Origin: Alphaproteobacteria bacterium
GTDB lineage: Bacteria > Pseudomonadota > Alphaproteobacteria > JAPULJ01
Assembly: GCA_037387885.1 (NCBI GenBank)
Contig: JARRKQ010000001.1
Span: 491-64,490, forward strand
Length of the DNA stretch: 64,000 nucleotides
Direction: 5' to 3'
Shown here: piece after piece, positions 56,443 to 64,000 of the stretch
How positions within the stretch are numbered: the stretch's first letter is position 1
Layout: each line of letters opens with the position of its first letter
Notes under the pieces: generated by a model
The model's input: the letters and a program-made list of their open reading frames with translations, nothing else
Database searches by the model: none
What the model was told of the DNA's origin: nothing
Position numbers and translations under genes: made by a program

Positions 56443-56466
56443 AAATGGTATATTGACATATCATTT
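56443..56466. promoter_or_regulatory. 24-bp near-palindromic motif AAATGGTATATTGACATATCATTT in the GntR / qor divergent promoter (copy 1 of 2)
   Basis: The half-sites AAATGGTAT and ATATCATTT are inverted. It is AT-rich. A near-identical copy lies at 62417-62440. Confidence 0.5.
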
Positions 56467-56582
56467 AATGGGCCGCCAGGGCCGATTGGCCTGTCCCGGT
56501 CGCAATGCCTGGCGTTCCGGCCTATAACCGGCAGCCGCTTCGCGGCGGACGCGCCTCACACCACACCTGGAAAACACGGCTC

Positions 56583-57512
56583 ATGAAAGCGCTTCAGATA
56601 ATGGACTACGGCGGGTCTGAGCAGCTCGCCTTGAACGAGGTTCCCGATCCCGAGCCGGGGCCCGGGGACGTCGTCGTCGACATTGCGGCGGCGAGCCTGA
56701 ACCCGATCGACTGGAAGATGCGCGCGGGCCATATCCGCAAATTCTTCGAGTTCGACATGCCGCATGTGCCGGGCCGGGATTTCTCGGGCACCGTCCGCTC
56801 GGTGGGCGACGGCGTCGAGGGGATCGCGCCGGGCGATCCGGTCTTCGGCATTGCCGAGGTCGCCCGTTGGGGCAGTCACGCGGAAGCGCTCGCGGTCAAG
56901 GCCGGGATGGTGGCGGCCAAGCCCGAGGCGCTCAGCCACGAGGCCGCGGCGGCGCTCGGTATTTCGGCGATCACCGTGCTGGCGGCACTGGAGGTCACAG
57001 CTCCCATCGGCGCGGGCGACCGCATCCTCATTCACGCAGGCGCCGGCGGCGTTGGGCATCTCGCGATCCAGTACGCCAAGCACAAGGGCGCGGAGGTGCT
57101 GACCACGGCGCGCGAGGTGAACCACAGCTTCGTGACCGCCCTCGGCGCCGATGAGGCAATCGATTACACGAAGGTCGATTTCGCCGAGGCCGCGCCCAAC
57201 TGCGACGTGGTGTTCGACACGATGGGCGGCGAGGTCCACCGCCGCTCCTTCGATGCGCTGAAGCCGGGCGGGCTCCTCGTCTATCTGAATGCGGAACCCC
57301 TACCGGAAGGGCCGGGCCGTCCTGATGTCACGGTGCTCAACGCGCAAGTGCGCGGCGACCGGGCGGGGCTCGAGCGCATCGTGGCGCTGGTCGGCGAGGG
57401 GACGTTCAAGCCGGCGGTGGAGAAGACCTATGCGCTGGAAGAGTTCGCCGACGCCTATGCCCGCATCGAGACCGGGCATTCGCGCGGCAAGATCGTCTTC
57501 AAGATGGGTTGA
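56583..57512 (+). CDS. Zinc-binding alcohol dehydrogenase family NADPH:quinone oxidoreductase (MDR superfamily)
   Basis: MKALQIMDYGG, the nucleotide-binding motif AGAGGVGHLAIQ, and about 309 aa. Confidence 0.85.
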   Translation: MKALQIMDYGGSEQLALNEVPDPEPGPGDVVVDIAAASLNPIDWKMRAGHIRKFFEFDMPHVPGRDFSGTVRSVGDGVEGIAPGDPVFGIAEVARWGSHAEALAVKAGMVAAKPEALSHEAAAALGISAITVLAALEVTAPIGAGDRILIHAGAGGVGHLAIQYAKHKGAEVLTTAREVNHSFVTALGADEAIDYTKVDFAEAAPNCDVVFDTMGGEVHRRSFDALKPGGLLVYLNAEPLPEGPGRPDVTVLNAQVRGDRAGLERIVALVGEGTFKPAVEKTYALEEFADAYARIETGHSRGKIVFKMG

Positions 57513-57530
57513 ACATATTCACGGCACCAG

Positions 57531-57594
57531 CCCGCTCCCCCTCCCGGCCGCCTAATTAGGATACTCTCGTAGGGCGGCCGGGAGGGGGAGCGGG
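57531..57594. terminator. Long perfect hairpin (22-bp arms, 20-nt AT-rich loop) between the convergent qor and dctM genes
   Basis: CCCGCTCCCCCTCCCGGCCGCC - TAATTAGGATACTCTCGTAG - GGCGGCCGGGAGGGGGAGCGGG. It has no U-tract, so it is classed as a bidirectional terminator or REP-like element by position only. Confidence 0.5.
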
Positions 57595-57624
57595 CCGGAG
57601 CGAGGCGCCAGCCACAAAAGCCCG

Positions 57625-59079
57625 TCAAAATTTAGCCCAGGGCAGCCAGGTGGCGACCTCGGGGACCATGATGATCAGCGCCACCAGCGCCATGGCGCAG
57701 GCCATGAAGGGGATCGCGGCCAGGCAGATCTCGCTGAACTTGGTGCCCGGCGGCGCCACGCCCTGCATGACGAAGAGCAGAAGCCCGAAGGGCGGCGTGG
57801 TAAAACTGATCTCCATCGCCAGCAGCATGATCACGCCGAACCAGATCTGTGTGACCTCGAGCGGCAGGCCGAACTGAAGCTTGGCGATCACGGGGAAGAA
57901 GATCGGTACCGTGAGTAGCATCATCGCCAGCTGGTCCATGAACATGCCGAGCAGCAGCAGGATGCCGATCATCATCAGCAGCATCACGTAGCCCGACACG
58001 TCGAAGCTGGTCACCCATTCGATCAGCTTGACGCTCGCCCCCGAGGCGGCCAGCACGTTGGAGAACAGCGACGAGCCCAGCAGGATCACCAGCGCGATCA
58101 CGGTGACCCGCCCCGCGCCCCACATCGACTTCCACAAGGCTTTGCCGAAAGCGGGCGCGAAGCGCTTGAGCTGCTCCTTGGCCTCGTCGCGCCGCGCCAC
58201 CGCTTCGATGTCGCGGCCGCCGCTGAACAGCAACCGCACCAGCGGGGCGAAGAAGAGATAGATGAGCCCCAGCAGGATCACGCCCACCGAGCCATAGGCC
58301 GCGGCCTCCGACGGGGTGGCAATGCCGCCCATGATCAGCGCGATGACCATGCCGATGATCGAGATCATCGGCATCACGTCGCGGGCGAACATCTTGAGGC
58401 GCACCATGTAGGGCACGTATTCGACGTCGTAAGCCGGCGCCGCGTCGGGATCGATAGTGGCGCGCACGAAGATCAGCACCGCATACATGAGCGCCAGGAT
58501 GATGCCGGGCACGATGCCGGCGATCAGCAGCTTGCCGATGTCGATCTCGGCGATGGTGCCGAGGAGGACCGCCAGCGCCGAGGGCGGGATCAGCATGGCG
58601 AGCCCGCCCGTGCCCAGGATCGGGCCGATCGACATGCTCTTCTTGTAGCCGCGCTTGGTCATCTCCGGGACCATCAGCGTGCCGAGCAGCGCTGTCGAGC
58701 CCATCGACGAGCCCGAGAGCGTGGCGAGCGCCGTGCCGCCGGCGACCGTCACATAGGAGAGCCGCGCCGGCACCCGGCCCATCAGCATCTCCACCGCGTT
58801 GAACATCCGGTTGGCGAGCCCGGTATGGAAGAAGAGCTCGCCCATCAACAGGAACATTGGTATGGGCACGATTGCGAAGATCGCGATGTTCGAAAACGCG
58901 TTGTCCGCAAGCTGAAAGACGCTCGCCTCGAGATTGGCATCGAAGCCGCCGAAGCGCCCATAGATCAGATAGGCGGTGAACGTGCAGACGATCACGAAGG
59001 CGATGCCCACCGGCACGCCGATGAACATCAGGACCAGGATCGATCCCAGGAGCAGCAGCAGGATCCAGTACCACTCCAT
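57625..59079 (-). CDS. dctM: TRAP transporter large permease
   Basis: 484 aa and highly hydrophobic. The DctM-family blocks are present (MGSTALLGTLMVPEM ... GTIAEIDIGKLLIAGIVPG). Confidence 0.9.
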   Translation of the reverse strand: MEWYWILLLLLGSILVLMFIGVPVGIAFVIVCTFTAYLIYGRFGGFDANLEASVFQLADNAFSNIAIFAIVPIPMFLLMGELFFHTGLANRMFNAVEMLMGRVPARLSYVTVAGGTALATLSGSSMGSTALLGTLMVPEMTKRGYKKSMSIGPILGTGGLAMLIPPSALAVLLGTIAEIDIGKLLIAGIVPGIILALMYAVLIFVRATIDPDAAPAYDVEYVPYMVRLKMFARDVMPMISIIGMVIALIMGGIATPSEAAAYGSVGVILLGLIYLFFAPLVRLLFSGGRDIEAVARRDEAKEQLKRFAPAFGKALWKSMWGAGRVTVIALVILLGSSLFSNVLAASGASVKLIEWVTSFDVSGYVMLLMMIGILLLLGMFMDQLAMMLLTVPIFFPVIAKLQFGLPLEVTQIWFGVIMLLAMEISFTTPPFGLLLFVMQGVAPPGTKFSEICLAAIPFMACAMALVALIIMVPEVATWLPWAKF

Positions 59080-59652
59080 CTAGAGCTCGCTCGCCAGGTC
59101 GCGCTTCTGCTCTTCGAGCTCGATGCGGTCGCTCGCCACCCCGGCGATGCCGACATGCATCGGCTCCTCGGTGAAGGCGAAGCGCAAAAACTCCACCCCC
59201 ATCAGGAAGAAGCCGATGGGAAAGGGGATCGTGCTGATCCAGAGCGGGATGTTGAACTGGGCGCGCAGCTCGTCGAACGACATCGTGTCGCCCCAGCGCT
59301 CGGTGAAGAGCCCCCAAGTGTACCAGGTCCAGATGAAGCAGATGAGCGCCGCCGCCGTGACGATGCCGCGCGAGAGGATCTTGCGGGCGCGCTCGGGGAT
59401 CGCGGCGGTCAGCAGCTCGATATAGATGTGCGCGCGCTGGCGCACCAGCCAGGGCGAGCCCAGGAAGAGGATGTAGACGAATCCGTACTCGATGGCGATG
59501 TTGGCAAACGGCGTATAGGACCAGCCGGCGGCGCGGAAAACCGTCACATAGACGATCATCACCATGATCGCGCCGACATAAAGCGCCGCAATGGCCATCA
59601 ACAGCCAAAGCAGACGTCCCCACAGCCGATCAACGGCCTTCAGGACTGACAT
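59080..59652 (-). CDS. dctQ: TRAP transporter small permease
   Basis: Four predicted TM helices. It lies immediately upstream of and abutting dctM. The start is uncertain, at 59652 or 59679. Confidence 0.75.
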   Translation of the reverse strand: MSVLKAVDRLWGRLLWLLMAIAALYVGAIMVMIVYVTVFRAAGWSYTPFANIAIEYGFVYILFLGSPWLVRQRAHIYIELLTAAIPERARKILSRGIVTAAALICFIWTWYTWGLFTERWGDTMSFDELRAQFNIPLWISTIPFPIGFFLMGVEFLRFAFTEEPMHVGIAGVASDRIELEEQKRDLASEL

Positions 59653-59791
59653 TGCCCCCCTTGCTGTCCCCTGTGCCATTGGCGCCCCACACGCCGAATG
59701 ACGCCCTCATTGACGCCGATGGCGCCGAAAAATCGATCCCGGGACCAGCTGCGAGATGGCCCCGGGATCATCGATGAGCCGACCTCAGTGA

Positions 59792-60796
59792 CTACTCGCG
59801 CCAGGTCGCGCGCAGCTTGGCGGCGTTGCCGGCGCCGCGCTTGGTCTTTTTCAGGCGGTTGACCATGCGCTGATAGGCGCTGTCGACAGCCAGCTTCACG
59901 TATGCCTTCGGGTTCGGCACGGTGTAGAACTTCATGCCCTCATCCATCAGCGTCTTGCGCTCGGCGGCCGCCAGGGCCAACAGCTTTTTGCGAGCGGCGG
60001 ACTCCTGCGCGATGACCTGATCCTGGATCAGCTTCTTCGCGGCCGGGCTCAATGAGTTCCATTTCTTCAAGTTCATGATCCAGCCGATGTCGGTGTGGAA
60101 GAACTCCGGCTCGACGGCGTGGCGCAGGAACTTGTCCCATTTGAGGCCCTTGAGGCCGATGGTCGCCCAGGCCGCCGCGTCGACCACGCCCTTCTCAAGC
60201 GCCGGATAGGTGTCTGTGGCGCGGAGCGTGTGGGTGGTGGCCTTCATGGCGCGGAAGAAGGCGCCATAGATCGGGTTATCGCGCAGCTTCACGCCGGTGA
60301 AGTCGATCAGCCCGTCCTTGGTGAATTTCGGCGGGTTCTTCATGTAGATGCGGAAATGCCCGCCCGACGAGGTCCAGCCCAGATACTTCACGCCGAAATA
60401 CTTCTGGTGGATTTCGTCAAGGAGCTTGAAGCCGCCATTGGCGCGGACATGGCTGGGCGAGGAGTTCGAGGTCGCCACGGCTTCCGCTTCCGGCAGGCCG
60501 CGCGCGTAGAAGGCGGCGGGAATGCAGGAAATGTCGACGCGTCCGGCCTTGACCGCCGGCGGCTGCTTGAACATGCCGATCGAGTTGAACGGCAGGACCT
60601 TGATGTGCACCACGCCTTTGCCGGCCGCGTTGATCTTGCCGACCAGCTCCTTGCAGAGCTTGGTGTAGATCAGATAGTCGGGGAACGGGTGAACGAGCGT
60701 GAGCTCGGTCGCGGCGGCGTTCGCCGGCGCCGAGGCCGTTCCGATCACCGCGGCGGCGCTCGCCGCCAGCACAAATGATTTCAATTTAGTTTTCAC
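59792..60796 (-). CDS. TRAP transporter substrate-binding protein
   Basis: A signal peptide (MKTKLKSFVLAASAAAVIGTASAPANA) is followed by a periplasmic SBP fold. It lies upstream of dctQM in the same orientation. Confidence 0.8.
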   Translation of the reverse strand: MKTKLKSFVLAASAAAVIGTASAPANAAATELTLVHPFPDYLIYTKLCKELVGKINAAGKGVVHIKVLPFNSIGMFKQPPAVKAGRVDISCIPAAFYARGLPEAEAVATSNSSPSHVRANGGFKLLDEIHQKYFGVKYLGWTSSGGHFRIYMKNPPKFTKDGLIDFTGVKLRDNPIYGAFFRAMKATTHTLRATDTYPALEKGVVDAAAWATIGLKGLKWDKFLRHAVEPEFFHTDIGWIMNLKKWNSLSPAAKKLIQDQVIAQESAARKKLLALAAAERKTLMDEGMKFYTVPNPKAYVKLAVDSAYQRMVNRLKKTKRGAGNAAKLRATWRE

Positions 60797-60981
60797 AGTC
60801 TGCCTCCTAGCTTGTAGGTCACTCTCTCCAGTCCGATTTTCTTCAAGTCCGATTTCTTAACGTCAGATCGTTTGTCGCCTGCCGCAATCATCCCACGCCG
60901 ATGGCGACACGACAATGTTTTTGCTGGATATCCAACAATCAGGGTAAAGACGGTCGGACGCGTTTTGCGGGCAAAACAGTC

Positions 60982-62073
60982 TCATGCCGCGCGCTCCGCG
61001 GTGATCAGCGTCCAGGGAAAGCGCCAATCCGAATGCTTCGGGTCGAGCGCGCCGTCGGCTTCCTCGAAGGGCGTGACGGCCACGTTCTTGAAGCCCTTGG
61101 CGGCCAGAACCGCCGGCAGATCCATCTTCGCGAAGGGCTCCATGAAGGGCTCGTTGTTGCGCCGGCCATGCCCGTAATGGATGAAGCGGGCGAAGGCGTC
61201 TGGCAGGTGGTGGAAATCGAGATGCACCATGCGGCCGCCCGGCTTCAGCACCCGGCGCGCCTCGTCGAAGGTCGCCTCGATCACCTTGGGCGGCATTTCG
61301 TGCAGCAGCATGGTCGAGGTGACGACGTCGAAGCTTTCGCCGTCGAGCCCTGTATCCGAGGCATCGCGTTGGGCGAAGCGGACATTGCGGCTCTGATGAT
61401 CGGCCGCGCGCCTTGCGGCGAGCTTGAGGCAGGGCGCGGATAGATCGACGCCGACCACGGATGCATTGCGGAAGCGCTCATACAAAGGCTCTGTCGACTT
61501 GCCGAAGCCGCAGCCCATGTCGAGCAGGCGGTCCGGCGCGCCACCGGCTTCGATCGCGTCGGCCAGGCGGTCGTGCAGATCCTTGTGGCGCGCGCCATGC
61601 GTCGGCGTCGTGGTGCGCGCGCCGCGCTCGTAGACATAGCCGGCGATCTCGTCCGACCAGACCCCGCCCGGATGCTGGTGAATGTCGACGGCGGTGTAGT
61701 AGGTGGGCTGCTCGAACCCCGGATCGAGATCGAGCAGGCCCGGCGGCAGATCCGCCGGATCGAGGCTCGCCTCCAAGGCCGCGCGCTGCTGGGCATGATA
61801 GGGCTCAAGCCCGTAGCGGCCGGAATACTTGAAGCGCTGCAGATGCCGCTCGAGCCAGGCATAGGCCTGATAGAGCGTCGTTCCGCCGATCAGATCCGCG
61901 GCGTCGGCCGCGGTCTCCGGCGGTCTTTCGGCCGCCGCCGCGCGTTCATCGTAGTCGCGCCTCAGGGCCGGAAAGATCTCGCGCGTCCAGTAGAGCTTGG
62001 CCGCCAGAATGAAGGCCTGGCCGGCGGCGAAGCTGCGCCCATCGATCTCCGGCGCTGATTGCGACCCCGCCAT
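60982..62073 (-). CDS. Class I SAM-dependent methyltransferase
   Basis: Motif I reads LLDMGCGFGKST, motif II is an acidic loop (VVGVDLS), and motif post-I VLKPGGRMV is also present. Confidence 0.8.
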   Translation of the reverse strand: MAGSQSAPEIDGRSFAAGQAFILAAKLYWTREIFPALRRDYDERAAAAERPPETAADAADLIGGTTLYQAYAWLERHLQRFKYSGRYGLEPYHAQQRAALEASLDPADLPPGLLDLDPGFEQPTYYTAVDIHQHPGGVWSDEIAGYVYERGARTTTPTHGARHKDLHDRLADAIEAGGAPDRLLDMGCGFGKSTEPLYERFRNASVVGVDLSAPCLKLAARRAADHQSRNVRFAQRDASDTGLDGESFDVVTSTMLLHEMPPKVIEATFDEARRVLKPGGRMVHLDFHHLPDAFARFIHYGHGRRNNEPFMEPFAKMDLPAVLAAKGFKNVAVTPFEEADGALDPKHSDWRFPWTLITAERAA

Positions 62074-62433
62074 TCAGCGCGCGCCCTTGGAGACCTGCTC
62101 GCCGAGCAGGTTGCTCATCAGATGTGCGACGAAGGCCTCGCGGTCGGCGGCGTTCGCCGCCAGCTCGTCGGGGCTCGGCTCGGCATCGAGGGCGTCCTGC
62201 GCCACCACGCCAGCTTCGGCAAGGCGTGCTTCGAGCGCCCGCAACCGGTCGCGCAGCACATAGACCTCGCTGGCCAGCGCCATGGTCACGCCGAGAACCC
62301 GGTCGATGGCGGGGTCCTCGAAGAAGGTTTGCTCGGCCCGGGGGCCGGTCTCGTGCTCCGCGCCCATCTCCCTGACCCATTGGACGTCCGGCGTCTTCAA
62401 TTCCGTGCGCCGGATTAAATGGTATACTGACAT
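62074..62433 (-). CDS. Small hypothetical protein (119 aa), translationally coupled to the methyltransferase; its start codon lies inside the 24-bp motif
   Basis: It begins MSVYHLIRRTELKTPDVQWVREMGAEHETGPRAEQTFFEDPAIDRVLGVTMALASEVYVLRDRL.... The composition is coding-like. Its stop abuts the methyltransferase start. The ATG at 62431-62433 is part of AAATGGTATACTGACATATCATTT. Confidence 0.5.
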   Translation of the reverse strand: MSVYHLIRRTELKTPDVQWVREMGAEHETGPRAEQTFFEDPAIDRVLGVTMALASEVYVLRDRLRALEARLAEAGVVAQDALDAEPSPDELAANAADREAFVAHLMSNLLGEQVSKGAR

Positions 62434-62440
62434 ATCATTT
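62417..62440. promoter_or_regulatory. Second copy of the 24-bp motif (AAATGGTATACTGACATATCATTT), in the divergent region between the small-protein/methyltransferase operon and the tautomerase-SnoaL gene
   Basis: 23 of 24 positions match the copy at 56443-56466. Confidence 0.5.
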
Positions 62441-62566
62441 GCGGCCAGACCAGCCCCCAATCTTGGGGCAGGCGCGGCATTCGCCCGTGTTATGATCTTG
62501 CAAACACTGCCGGGGACGCCCGGGGCGGCAAACCGGGACCCAAGTCGAAGACCCAAGGAGAAGATT

Positions 62567-63154
62567 ATGCCGGTTGTGACGATCACCCTGATGGAAGGCT
62601 ATGACGACGATGTCCGCACGGCGCTGTCCGAGCGGCTGACCGATGCGGTGCGCGCGACCATCGCAGCGCCCTTGGACGGCATCACCGTGCAGATCAACGA
62701 GGTCAAGCCCACCGGCTACATGCGCGGCCGCCAGCGCCGGAAACCGGGCGAACCCGTGCCCGACGCCGCGACCGTCGTGCACGACTATCTGAAGGCAATG
62801 GAGGCGCGCGATCTCGACAAGGCGAAATCGATGCTCGCCGATGAATTCATCATGTATTTTCCCGGCACCGGCGAGATGCGCGGCCTCGACGAGCTGATCG
62901 GCTGGGCGAAGGACCGCTATGCCTCGGTCGGCAAGACCTACGAGCGCTTCGACGTCGCGCCGGGCGAGGACGGGGTTGCGGTTTACTGTTACGGCATGTT
63001 GGCCGGCGAATGGCTCGACGGCTCCAAGTTCAGCGACATCCGCTTCATCGACCGCTTCACCGTGCGCGACGGCAAGCTTGTCGATCAGCGCGTTTGGAAC
63101 GATATGGGTGAGACGATGTTGAAAGCGGCCGGCGCGCGCGCGGCGGCGGAATAA
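62567..63154 (+). CDS. Fusion protein: N-terminal 4-oxalocrotonate-tautomerase-like domain (Pro1) plus a C-terminal SnoaL/NTF2-like domain
   Basis: MPVVTITLMEGYDDDVRTALSERLTDAVRATIAAPLDGITVQINEV has the Met-Pro start and the beta-alpha-beta tautomerase unit. The C-terminal ~125 aa (ATVVHDYLKAMEARDLDKAKSMLADEFIMYFPGTGEM...) is SnoaL-like. AAGGAG lies 6 nt upstream of the ATG at 62567. Confidence 0.65.
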   Translation: MPVVTITLMEGYDDDVRTALSERLTDAVRATIAAPLDGITVQINEVKPTGYMRGRQRRKPGEPVPDAATVVHDYLKAMEARDLDKAKSMLADEFIMYFPGTGEMRGLDELIGWAKDRYASVGKTYERFDVAPGEDGVAVYCYGMLAGEWLDGSKFSDIRFIDRFTVRDGKLVDQRVWNDMGETMLKAAGARAAAE

Positions 63155-63177
63155 ATCGGGGACAGGAGAGCACGGGA

Positions 63178-63588
63178 ATGAAGATCAACGGAGCCTGCCA
63201 TTGCGGCGCCATCACCTACGAGGCCGAGGTCGATCCGGAGATGTCGCGGATCTGTCACTGCTCCGATTGCCAGACCATGTCGGGTGCGCCTTACCGGGCC
63301 ATCGTGATCGCCAAGGAGGAGGATTTCAAAATCCTCACCGGCACGCCGAAGATCTACGTCAAGACGGCGGAGAGCGGGAACAAGCGCGACCAGGGTTTCT
63401 GCGGCGACTGCGGCACCGCGCTCTTCGCCACCTCCCATGGCGGCGATGCGCCGAAGATCTACGGTCTCCGCCTCGGCGCCATCAAGCAGCGCGACCAGAT
63501 CCGCCCGACCGGCCAGATATGGACCGCCTCGGCCCAGCCCTGGGTGAACGATCTCCACGATATTCCGGGCTTCGAGAAACAGTCCTAA
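63178..63588 (+). CDS. GFA (glutathione-dependent formaldehyde-activating, CENP-V-like) family protein
   Basis: The zinc-binding cysteines lie in CHCGAITYE...CHCSDCQ...CGDCGTALF. Confidence 0.8.
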   Translation: MKINGACHCGAITYEAEVDPEMSRICHCSDCQTMSGAPYRAIVIAKEEDFKILTGTPKIYVKTAESGNKRDQGFCGDCGTALFATSHGGDAPKIYGLRLGAIKQRDQIRPTGQIWTASAQPWVNDLHDIPGFEKQS

Positions 63589-63594
63589 CGACCG

Positions 63595-64000
63595 CTAATC
63601 CGCTTTCGGCCAGCCGCGCACGCTGACGCGGTTCATGATGCGGGCGTCCTCGGGGCCGGTCGACTCGTCGAGCTTCGGGCCGGTGTGGAGCGTGGCGGCG
63701 TTGTCCCAGATCACGACGTCGTCAACTTCGTAGGAATGCGCGTACTGCACCTCGGGCGCGATGGCGTAACGGCCGATCTCGTCCAGGAAATTGCATGCTT
63801 CGTCCTCGGGCATACCCTCGACGCCGATGCAGGTGCTGGTCGCCCCGTAGAGCGCCTTGCGCCCGGTTGCGGGGTGCTCGCGCACCAGCGGATGATGCAC
63901 GGTGGGAAAGGAGCCGTCGCGCCGGCCCTCGTAGCAATGCGCCACGGTGGCGGAGTCCGCTTGCTTGCGTAACGCCTCCGGTAGCGACTCCAGCGCCGCA
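63595..64000 (-). CDS. TauD/TfdA-family 2-oxoglutarate-dependent dioxygenase, C-terminal part; the N-terminus lies beyond the window
   Basis: The frame is open to position 64000 (...EALRKQADSATVAHCYEGRRDGSFPTVHHPLV...AATLHTGP...RIMNRVSV). The C-terminal His and Arg-containing blocks of TauD-like enzymes are present. Confidence 0.75.
   Translation of the reverse strand, partial: AALESLPEALRKQADSATVAHCYEGRRDGSFPTVHHPLVREHPATGRKALYGATSTCIGVEGMPEDEACNFLDEIGRYAIAPEVQYAHSYEVDDVVIWDNAATLHTGPKLDESTGPEDARIMNRVSVRGWPKAD

Noticed and set aside
56223-56459. 78-aa minus-strand ORF starting MSIYHL inside the GntR promoter
   Set aside because: The translation is Arg/Ser-rich, and the ORF overlaps the GntR ribosome-binding site and start. 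Its apparent N-terminal similarity to the ORF at 62433 is due to the shared 24-bp DNA motif.

Overview
This is a high-GC chromosomal segment, probably alphaproteobacterial, and I could support about 62 protein-coding genes and a set of non-coding signals. Every call is made by eye from motifs in the supplied translations. No tool was run. I recognised no rRNA, tRNA, CRISPR array, transposase or phage gene. Many plus-strand ORFs in the track are Arg/Ala-rich antisense or alternate-frame artefacts of real minus-strand genes.

The window falls into five blocks.

(1) 1-13.9 kb. One minus-strand operon holds an IOR-family 2-oxoacid:ferredoxin oxidoreductase (truncated at the window edge), a family III CoA-transferase, a three-subunit xanthine-dehydrogenase-family molybdenum hydroxylase, a split B12-dependent acyl-CoA mutase whose substrate-contact residues resemble methylmalonyl-CoA mutase, and hydantoinase A/B. 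A crotonase is transcribed divergently and a MarR regulator follows it. A perfect 36-bp palindrome sits in the divergent promoter. This gene set closely resembles the anaerobic indoleacetate (iaa) pathway described in Aromatoleum and Azoarcus. It is the best candidate for an uncharacterised system in this lineage.

(2) 14.7-16.7 kb. hemN and a class I cytochrome c.

(3) 16.8-32 kb. An IclR-associated aromatic catabolic island. It carries two Rieske oxygenases, a Rieske ferredoxin, an extradiol dioxygenase, a meta-cleavage-type hydrolase, an SDR, cupin and VOC proteins, and a TPP enzyme with a disrupted N-terminus. A NitT/TauT ABC importer is embedded in it. AT-rich inverted repeats flank the ferredoxin gene.

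(4) 32-47 kb. Housekeeping genes: a Fpg/Nei DNA glycosylase, an L,D-transpeptidase, mepA, a DUF1015 protein, znuA with divergent zur-znuC-znuB and a Zur box, and a Gldg/DUF4340/ABC-2 system.

(5) 47.6-64 kb. A GntR(HutC)-headed cluster holds a LeuCD-like hydro-lyase, a PEP-mutase/isocitrate-lyase-family lyase, an isochorismatase-like hydrolase, two PuuE-like deacetylases and an FrdA-like flavoprotein. It resembles the dimethylmaleate hydratase / dimethylmalate lyase module. TRAP transporter genes, a methyltransferase, a tautomerase-SnoaL fusion, a GFA-family protein and a partial TauD-like dioxygenase follow. A conserved 24-bp near-palindrome occurs at two divergent promoters in this block.
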